A model generated the notes under the pieces. That model did not search any database and had not been told where the DNA came from. It was given only the letters and a program-made list of their open reading frames with translations. A program made the position numbers and the translations under genes. Of a stretch of DNA of 42,540 nt, positions 33,586-40,396 are shown in pieces. Location: positions 1-42,540 of the forward strand of contig JABIGM010000057.1 in NCBI GenBank assembly GCA_018650165.1, written 5' to 3'. Each line of letters starts with the position of its first letter. The stretch's first letter is position 1. The DNA is from Methanobacteriota archaeon (lineage in GTDB: Archaea; Thermoplasmatota; Poseidoniia; Poseidoniales; Poseidoniaceae).

Positions 33586-34524
33586 ATGGGAGAAACGCTG
33601 GCGACCCTCGCATTCCTCTCAGCAATCGCCATGCTATTGTCTACAACTACCTCTTATGGCAAATGGTTGGCTAGCCTTACAGGAGCGTTTTGTAGTCTCG
33701 AATTTTTACAATCTCCCTTCGAATCTATTCAACAACCTGGGGGCTCGGCTTTACTCGTTGCTGCTAGCATGTCATTTTTACTTCAATACCACATTACCAA
33801 AGATGTTTCACAAAAAACACTCAATGGAATCGGAGGCTCGATAATTTTGATAATTCTACTATCGATGTTTCCTGAAGACGGCCTTCAAGGTACAATCCAT
33901 GACTATTCTGTTTTTGAAAATATACGCGAATTAGTTATATCACTCTCAATCGGTCTTTTAATTGCTCAATTAATAGTGAATGCACTTTCATTTAACAAGA
34001 AATTGAGTCTCATAATAGCATTAATGGTGTTCATTTTGGTAATATTTGGGGAACTCATGCAGAGAACACCACTCACAATTATTTTGACATCGTGTATGAT
34101 GATAGGATATTTACCAATTTTAGAAGAGAAAATCAATAATCGGATTGGTTCAGGAAGAGGGAGGGCAATTGCACTTGGTGTTCCGGTATTACTTGGTATA
34201 ATATTGATATTTGCAACCACTTATGTTTCAATTACATCAGTAAGTAGAATCGGCTCAGGTGATGGGGCAATTGCCGTTGCATTATGGTTAACCTTAGGCG
34301 CAACCGGAATCGGCCTAATTGGAATGTTGTTGCCGTTATTGGGGTTAGATGCACATCCTCGACCGGAGGCGTGGGGGTGGAGATATTGCTTAGCACTCAG
34401 CCCAATTGTTATGGCACTTCAAACCGATTTGTCAGGCCACGTTCTTTTAGGCATATTTTTGGCAATAATAATTTCAATCAGCGCACCTTTGGTTCTGGAA
34501 AGTAACCCCGCGAAAGGCGCCTAA
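33586..34524 (+). CDS. Hypothetical polytopic membrane protein
   Basis: About 10 hydrophobic segments; ORF-track start 33424 overlaps the divergent methyltransferase, so ATG 33586 is preferred. Confidence 0.72.
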   Translation: MGETLATLAFLSAIAMLLSTTTSYGKWLASLTGAFCSLEFLQSPFESIQQPGGSALLVAASMSFLLQYHITKDVSQKTLNGIGGSIILIILLSMFPEDGLQGTIHDYSVFENIRELVISLSIGLLIAQLIVNALSFNKKLSLIIALMVFILVIFGELMQRTPLTIILTSCMMIGYLPILEEKINNRIGSGRGRAIALGVPVLLGIILIFATTYVSITSVSRIGSGDGAIAVALWLTLGATGIGLIGMLLPLLGLDAHPRPEAWGWRYCLALSPIVMALQTDLSGHVLLGIFLAIIISISAPLVLESNPAKGA

Positions 34525-34553
34525 ATAATGGGAAGTCCCCCTAACTCTTATGA

Positions 34554-34973
34554 ATGGATGAAAGCGGATTGGGTTTTGGAGAACTACAATTCTCCAAACG
34601 GATGGGGATCCTGATGGGCAGAGCATTTACAGATGGCGTTAGCCAAGAGAACAAAGTTACTTTGAGAACTCGAAAGAGGTCTTGGAAGCCACTAGCAGAC
34701 TTACAAGGACTTAGTGGTCGAACGAAAGCCATAGGCAGCGACATGGGTTCTCTTGTCGATGTACCTGCAATGGTTAGAATTGAAAATGAGAAATGGATTT
34801 TTGAGAGAATTAGCCAAGAAACCTTGACACACCTTACTCACAGATTGGTAATTCATGAAAGCGAGGGCCCTAGAACTCTAGGGGCGACTTTAGATCTAGA
34901 AACCGCTATGCAGGTAGCGCAAGGAATGGCTAGAACCGAAGGGTCTGTTGTTTTGATTGAACCACTAGTGTGA
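34554..34973 (+). CDS. Hypothetical protein
   Basis: 139-aa ORF filling the gap; TAAATA about 30 nt upstream; no motif recognised. Confidence 0.6.
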   Translation: MDESGLGFGELQFSKRMGILMGRAFTDGVSQENKVTLRTRKRSWKPLADLQGLSGRTKAIGSDMGSLVDVPAMVRIENEKWIFERISQETLTHLTHRLVIHESEGPRTLGATLDLETAMQVAQGMARTEGSVVLIEPLV

Positions 34974-35156
34974 TCAAAACATATCCATAATCCAGGATAT
35001 AACGCCCTCATTAACGAGGTAGATAAATCCCGATAGCCCAATACAAGCCAAGTAAATCTGAGTAGGAGTGATTTTCCAAGCATCTTCGGACTCTTCATCG
35101 AAGTATCGAATTAGACCTGCGGCTTGCTGGATACCGCCACCGTCTTTCTTTGCCAT
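34974..35156 (-). CDS. secG: Preprotein translocase subunit Sec61beta
   Basis: 60 aa; AAGLIRYFDEE...KITP plus a single C-terminal TM, the archaeal Sec61beta signature. Confidence 0.9.
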   Translation of the reverse strand: MAKKDGGGIQQAAGLIRYFDEESEDAWKITPTQIYLACIGLSGFIYLVNEGVISWIMDMF

Positions 35157-35201
35157 ATCATCGCCGAGACTGGTTTCCTTTATGAACGCGACGCGCGGTG
35201 A

Positions 35202-35924
35202 TTATTCCTCTTCCGAAGACAAATCAACGAATGGTATTGCCTCCTCGCCTAATTCTAATGCCAACCCATCCGGGGAGACATCTTCCACTTCAATTTCAAT
35301 AGAATCGGCTTCAATTCTCGCAAGAGCACGAAGTACAGCCGGTGCGTTATCATCTGCTAAAGCATTCCTTGCAATTTCAATTTCAACCGAATCGCCTTTC
35401 TGTAAAAGGGTGAGTTCTATCATTTCACCAAGGTCTTCTCTTGCTTTCTCAATATGCGAGGCCCATGAATTTTCATTTTGTATACTATCTCCAACCTTTG
35501 AATCAAAACGCCCCCTCCATGCCATCTCCCAAGGTTTGTGAGGTAATGCTGCAACTAGGTCGAAGATAATTCTAGCTCGTTCGCTAAGTGGCCCGTTCAT
35601 CGTTATAGTATTGGCATAGCATTTTGTGATAAGCCCAAATCCCCAATAAGAATAACTTTCAACGCTTAATGAAATATCTCCGATTCGAGTAGTAAATTCC
35701 CATCGCTGTTCATTAAATCCGGGCATTTCTTTCATCACAGGGGTAGTATTTCCTTGTAGAACCTTCAGTAAAGTTTGAGCAACATCACCGAGGTATACGG
35801 CTGAAATATTCGCTGGATGCGCGCGCGACCTAAGATTCCCTTCTGCATCATGTCCATGAGTTGGGCCTGCATTACGGATTTGTGCATGCAGAACCGATTT
35901 AGTAGGGTCTAAATCACTCAGCAT
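35202..35924 (-). CDS. Hypothetical protein
   Basis: 240-aa ORF with TTGAAG 31 nt upstream and an acidic C-terminus; no motif recognised. Confidence 0.65.
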   Translation of the reverse strand: MLSDLDPTKSVLHAQIRNAGPTHGHDAEGNLRSRAHPANISAVYLGDVAQTLLKVLQGNTTPVMKEMPGFNEQRWEFTTRIGDISLSVESYSYWGFGLITKCYANTITMNGPLSERARIIFDLVAALPHKPWEMAWRGRFDSKVGDSIQNENSWASHIEKAREDLGEMIELTLLQKGDSVEIEIARNALADDNAPAVLRALARIEADSIEIEVEDVSPDGLALELGEEAIPFVDLSSEEE

Positions 35925-36018
35925 ATTTCACAGCACACTATATCTCATCCTTCAATCATACCCCTTGTTGAGAGAAGGGTTCATCATGGGGGCGACTCAT
36001 CGCTAATTCGGTGAAGAC

Positions 36019-36477
36019 ATGACGGGCAAGTCAAAAAAGGACCCACTCGCTACTCTATTGGCACTGCCAGGAGTCGGTAAAGCAACTGCAAAGAAACTCA
36101 GTGACGCAGGAATCAAGTCGTCATCCGGTATAGTAAAAGCCGGTTCAAAGGGCTTGATTAAAGCAGGACTTAGTGCTGCAATTTCTAAAAAATTACTTTC
36201 GGTTGTTTCAAAGAAAGCACCAGCAAAGAAGACTGCTGCTAAGAAGCCAGCAGCCAAAAAATCAGCAGCCAAAAAAATGGCAGGGAAAGCAAAATCTACT
36301 GCAAAGAAAGCAGCATCTAAAGCAACAGCTGCTGGAAGAAAGGTTGCTGAAAAAACCGCTAAGAGTACAGGGGGGCGCAATACGGTGCCGTCATCAAAAT
36401 CAAATGATGGAAGAAAAGGCAAAACTCTGAAGATCCCTCCCTCAGTAAAAGACATGCCGTGGTTCCGTAAAAATTGA
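36019..36477 (+). CDS. Helix-hairpin-helix protein with histone H1-like Lys/Ala-rich tail
   Basis: LLALPGVGKATAKKL HhH; KKxAA-type pentapeptide x5; hand count 36 K + 4 R versus 5 D/E. Confidence 0.85.
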   Translation: MTGKSKKDPLATLLALPGVGKATAKKLSDAGIKSSSGIVKAGSKGLIKAGLSAAISKKLLSVVSKKAPAKKTAAKKPAAKKSAAKKMAGKAKSTAKKAASKATAAGRKVAEKTAKSTGGRNTVPSSKSNDGRKGKTLKIPPSVKDMPWFRKN

Positions 36478-36523
36478 TTAATTCTACCGTTATGTTGTAA
36501 GACTGTCAAGAAGTACCATGTAT

Positions 36524-36706
36524 ATGCCTAGGCGCAAATATGGTAAATTGCGCAAGACGGTCGAACTTCCTCCTAAATCTAATTGTTCTCGATGTAGAAG
36601 CGGAAAGTACTGTCCAATCGAAGGTCATGAAGGTTACACGACTGCTAGCCACAGAGAATGGAGCGGGCCCCCTAAAACTGAGAAACGCAAAAAAGTGCGT
36701 TCATGA
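36524..36706 (+). CDS. Small basic protein with putative CCCH zinc site
   Basis: 60 aa; C-x2-C-x5-C-x4-H; 17 K/R; TTGTAA 29 nt upstream of ATG 36524. Confidence 0.6.
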   Translation: MPRRKYGKLRKTVELPPKSNCSRCRSGKYCPIEGHEGYTTASHREWSGPPKTEKRKKVRS

Positions 36707-37720
36707 GTCTTCAGTATCGATTTCAATCGTCTGAGCACGTTTGTAAATCTCTCTCAAAGTCTGGTCACTAATTTCCAGATACACACGTGTCGTTGCTATA
36801 CTTGCATGTCCTAGTAATCTCTGAATGCTAACAAGATCAGCACCCCGCTCAAGTAAACCAGTAGCAAAGTTATGGCGAAGAACGTGAGGTGTAAGGCGGC
36901 CGCGTGGAATTCCAGCATCATCTGCCAACCTATCCATTAGCCGCTGAACAGTTCTAGACTGTAGTGCGCCACCAGTCTTTGTGACTAACAAATGGTCGCC
37001 ATGCGGGTTTCGTGCATCGCGCAGTGGTAACCAAGCAAGAATTCGAGCAACAGTTGATTGTGTAAATAGAACTAACCGGTCCTTCCCGCCTTTTCCATCT
37101 ATGACCATTGCCGAATGGTCGGCAAGGTCGATGTCTGAAAGTGCGAGGTCACATAATTCGCTCACACGTAAACCGGTATCCAGGATCATTGTGACTACAA
37201 GATTTGCCACCGGGTCCTCGCTGCATGCCGCTGCCTCTTTTACCATAGTCAACTCCCTACTGGTCAAAGTCCTGGGCAATTTTTTACCACTCTTAGGCCG
37301 AGTTAGATGTTCAGGCCATTTTTGCCCTAGCCAATTCATGAGATGGTTAGCTGCGGCCAGCCTCGCCTTCACGGTCGAAGGCGAACGGTCGATGAGAGAG
37401 TGAACCCAAAGGTCGAGTCTTCCATTGAACGGTTCAATTCTATCCAGTAACTGCGCAATACTCATCGAGTCTCTTTCAAATTCACTGATGATGTTTTCAC
37501 CAGGTAGAGGCGTTTCAATCAAATGACGCAATCCAATCATATACGATTTTTGAGTATTCATTGATTTTCCTTCGGCCTGCATTTGTGTTGTGTAAGATGT
37601 GAGCCAAGAAAGATGTCCGCGATGAACAAGACGCGGCGGTAGCACTGGGCCCTCTGCGTACAGACGTTGCTGTACAGCCTTTTGCTTCGCCTTGTATGGC
37701 TCTGTTCTCATTGGCGTCAC
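36701..37720 (-). CDS. xerA: Site-specific tyrosine recombinase XerA
   Basis: TGLRVSEL (R), GKGGKDR (K), TPHVLRH (HxxR), LGHASIATTRVY (H, Y); start GTG 37720 or ATG 37711; housekeeping context. Confidence 0.85.
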   Translation of the reverse strand: MTPMRTEPYKAKQKAVQQRLYAEGPVLPPRLVHRGHLSWLTSYTTQMQAEGKSMNTQKSYMIGLRHLIETPLPGENIISEFERDSMSIAQLLDRIEPFNGRLDLWVHSLIDRSPSTVKARLAAANHLMNWLGQKWPEHLTRPKSGKKLPRTLTSRELTMVKEAAACSEDPVANLVVTMILDTGLRVSELCDLALSDIDLADHSAMVIDGKGGKDRLVLFTQSTVARILAWLPLRDARNPHGDHLLVTKTGGALQSRTVQRLMDRLADDAGIPRGRLTPHVLRHNFATGLLERGADLVSIQRLLGHASIATTRVYLEISDQTLREIYKRAQTIEIDTEDS

Positions 37721-37849
37721 CGCCTAACTCGCCGAAGCGAGCCGTGCATCCCGTGTCCCGAAGGACATAGTGCATTCACAGGTTCCGAGATATGAAGCCT
37801 TCGCGCGATAACCCACATCAGCCCCTCGAATCTAAAGGTCAATGATTAA
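37721..37849 (-). promoter_or_regulatory. xerA promoter and structured 5' leader
   Basis: TTAATC at 37849-37844; three consecutive stems, two capped by cUUCGg loops (37767-37754 and 37741-37728). Confidence 0.55.
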
Positions 37850-38052
37850 TCGGTTTAGAAAAAACACATCAACAAAAAACGTTTTTCATTTTGCAATAAC
37901 GGAGGTTTATCTTCGTGAAAAGATAGAATACCCTTAAATTATGCTAAACGCATCAGACTATATGCGGGAAGAATAGAAGGGGCACTGGGGGCCACAAAAT
38001 GTCTTTATTGACCGATGTTACCGCTAAAAATCTATTTCTGGATGACTTTTAG

Positions 38053-39237
38053 TCATACATCGGTTTCATTAGACTCAATATTGGAAATCTGAGGCAGATC
38101 TAGTAATGTTCTCTTGATATTAGCCCTGAGTAAGTCAAGGTCCCCATAACAAATCAATGAGTCGCGAAATCTCAGTTGCATATCTGGCTCTGGGTTCCAA
38201 ATCAAATTCCCGGCACGCGATAGTGCGAATACAGGAATTTCACCTTTGAAAATATCACTTATTGGGGACCCGATTAGGTGTGGGTGATTGCGTAAGTGGA
38301 CAGATAGAACTCCTTGGCCCGGAATTGTTCTGAGTAATTGGTCAACATTTACTTCTGAGAAGTCCGATTCTGACACTACATAGTCGATAATCGCTCCGGC
38401 AACATTTACGCCACTAGATTTTTCGATTCCTTCAAGTCCAGGGGACGAGTTCACTTCGAGTACAAGCGGTCCATCATTTCCTTCGAGTAGATCTACACCC
38501 GCTACATTCAACCCAAGTACACGTGCGGCTCGACATGCCACTTCAGCATATTCTTGGTTAATTTCCACCGTTTCAATAGTGCCGTTAAGATGGTAATTGG
38601 AACGGAATTCCCGCCCACGTGCTTTGCGCCTCATGCAAGCTACAACCTTACCACCGACAATCAATGCACGGATGTCTTTACCATGACTTTCAGCAATATA
38701 TTCCTGAATTAATACCGCTTTACCAGTAACTAATAGTCCCTGTACTAAATTTCTAGTCTCATGTATAGTGTGACGCAAAAATACACCTTGACCCTGCGTC
38801 CCTTGTGTGACTTTAACTACTACAGGAAGCCCTCCAACTGCTTCTGTTGCATGTTCAATATCTTTCATATCACGAACATATGCAGTTTTTGGAGTTGGTA
38901 TTTTATTTCGAGCAAGAATTTGCGAAGAATGTAATTTATCACGGCTTTGCAATATGCCCTGGCTGGTATTTGCGGTCCACACATCTAGTTGCTCTAAGTG
39001 ACGCAGAACAGAAACACCGTGTCTTGTAATAGAGTGCCCAATTCTTGGAATAACTGCATCATAATCGAATTTATTTCCTTGATGATGAATGCCGATTTCC
39101 TGTTCGGCAACAAACAATGAGAACTGCATTGGATCAAGAACTGCAACATCCAAATCCCGAATCCTTGCTTCCTCAACAAGACGGCGCGTGCTATACAAAC
39201 GCGGGCCGCGCGACAGAATCGCCAACCTAGTCGTCAT
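38053..39237 (-). CDS. rimK: RimK family ATP-grasp alpha-L-glutamate ligase fused to a C-terminal RCK_C (TrkA-C) domain
   Basis: AILSRGPRLYSTRRL, DAVIPRIG, RDK, QEYIAE, DIR, FRSNYH, GVDLL, EVNSSPG; C-terminal LIGSPISD...SRAG..NPEPDMQLRFRDSLICYG. Confidence 0.9.
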   Translation of the reverse strand: MTTRLAILSRGPRLYSTRRLVEEARIRDLDVAVLDPMQFSLFVAEQEIGIHHQGNKFDYDAVIPRIGHSITRHGVSVLRHLEQLDVWTANTSQGILQSRDKLHSSQILARNKIPTPKTAYVRDMKDIEHATEAVGGLPVVVKVTQGTQGQGVFLRHTIHETRNLVQGLLVTGKAVLIQEYIAESHGKDIRALIVGGKVVACMRRKARGREFRSNYHLNGTIETVEINQEYAEVACRAARVLGLNVAGVDLLEGNDGPLVLEVNSSPGLEGIEKSSGVNVAGAIIDYVVSESDFSEVNVDQLLRTIPGQGVLSVHLRNHPHLIGSPISDIFKGEIPVFALSRAGNLIWNPEPDMQLRFRDSLICYGDLDLLRANIKRTLLDLPQISNIESNETDV

Positions 39238-39325
39238 GCTCCTTGTCGGAACCTGTTACTTTTTGATTCCATCGCCCAACATTGGCAATCGTTCACTTGA
39301 AGTCCTGATTAGCGATGGGCCAAAC

Positions 39326-40348
39326 ATGGGCGAAGAAATTGAAGAAGAACCATCAGTCAATTCTGAGGATGATTCAGTCCCAGAAATGACCATAGAAGAA
39401 CGTAAAGATGCGTTAAAGAAATCTCGTTGGAATGTCTTCATGTATCTTGGACTAGCAGCATTATTCTTCAGTTTCGCATTATATCCATTCATGGGAATTA
39501 GTATGTCTGCGGACGAAGGTTTTGGCGACTCCAGTCAACCGATTACTGTGTGGGGTTTACCTATTCCTGGAGAAGATTTCACCGATATTCCAGTTGAAAT
39601 AAATGTTGTAATTCAAGCGCTACCAACCGATGTCAACAGCATTGAGATATTTATGATTGAAAACGCTGAAGGATGCGATGCAACTGATGGGTCTATTGAA
39701 AGCACCCGTAACGATCTCAGAATTGGCAAATCTGAGCATCCAAATAGTTACCACATAATTGAGAACCCTGTTGAGTCACAGAGTTATGAGATCGAATTTG
39801 ATATCGACCCCGGAATTTATTGCGTTCAATTAGTAATAAACACTCAAAGTCAAAACTTTGCTGGAATAAATGTAGAAGTAGATATTGACTTGTATCCAAC
39901 ACAATTCCCATTAGCGATTTTTGGAACAGTATGTCTCTTGCTTTCTGTATTTGCCTTTATTGGAGCACAGAAACATGGAAAATTGGTAAAGAGTTTAATT
40001 GAGCCGAAAGAAGAACCAACAATCGAGGAAACCGTTCTTGCTCAAACCTCTAGTGCCAGAATTACTGCAGGTCCAAGCGGCCCACCTGCACCTGGGCCCT
40101 CCGGCCCACCAACCCCCGGACCAACAGGCCCACCTGCGGGACCGCCGGCAGAATCACCCGAATCAGTGGATTCAACCGAGGAACCTGTCGAATCGGAATC
40201 TGAAGTCCAAAGCGAAGAAGGTGGAGATGTTTACGAGGACCAAGGAGATGGGTGGTTCTTCCGAAAGTTCCCGGACGGAACATACGACCAAGCGCCGTAC
40301 ATGATACATGAAGGCGAGTATATCCCGTACGTTGACCCTGAGGCCTGA
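39326..40348 (+). CDS. Two-TM hypothetical protein with external domain, Gly-Pro-Pro tract and aromatic C-terminal mini-domain
   Basis: TM WNVFMYLGLAALFFSFAL and FPLAIFGTVCLLLSVFAFIG; GPSGPPAPGPSGPPTPGPTGPPAGPP; ORF-track start overlaps rimK; TTGAAG 29 nt upstream. Confidence 0.75.
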   Translation: MGEEIEEEPSVNSEDDSVPEMTIEERKDALKKSRWNVFMYLGLAALFFSFALYPFMGISMSADEGFGDSSQPITVWGLPIPGEDFTDIPVEINVVIQALPTDVNSIEIFMIENAEGCDATDGSIESTRNDLRIGKSEHPNSYHIIENPVESQSYEIEFDIDPGIYCVQLVINTQSQNFAGINVEVDIDLYPTQFPLAIFGTVCLLLSVFAFIGAQKHGKLVKSLIEPKEEPTIEETVLAQTSSARITAGPSGPPAPGPSGPPTPGPTGPPAGPPAESPESVDSTEEPVESESEVQSEEGGDVYEDQGDGWFFRKFPDGTYDQAPYMIHEGEYIPYVDPEA

Positions 40349-40396
40349 TACATCTATCCCCATCCTTGAAAGAGGGTGAAGGGTCCGTCATTAGTG

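Noticed and set aside
33269-33844. 191-aa plus-strand ORF across the methyltransferase start
   Set aside because: Overlaps two better-supported divergent genes; no motifs.
36003-36509. 168-aa hydrophobic minus-strand ORF
   Set aside because: The (F/L)AAxF pattern is the antisense reading of the Lys/Ala repeats.
36701-37720. Tyrosine recombinase as a provirus or ICE integrase
   Set aside because: No att repeat, adjacent tRNA or mobile cargo; flanks look like housekeeping genes.
37721-37830. xerA leader as TPP or SAM-I riboswitch, or tmRNA 5' end
   Set aside because: Only isolated words match (GAACCUG, UUAUC, GGGGCUGAU); CUGAGA and the other cores are absent and the gene context does not fit.
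39089-39325. 79-aa N-terminal extension of the two-TM protein
   Set aside because: Overlaps rimK and the divergent promoter; ATG 39326 has a box at -29.
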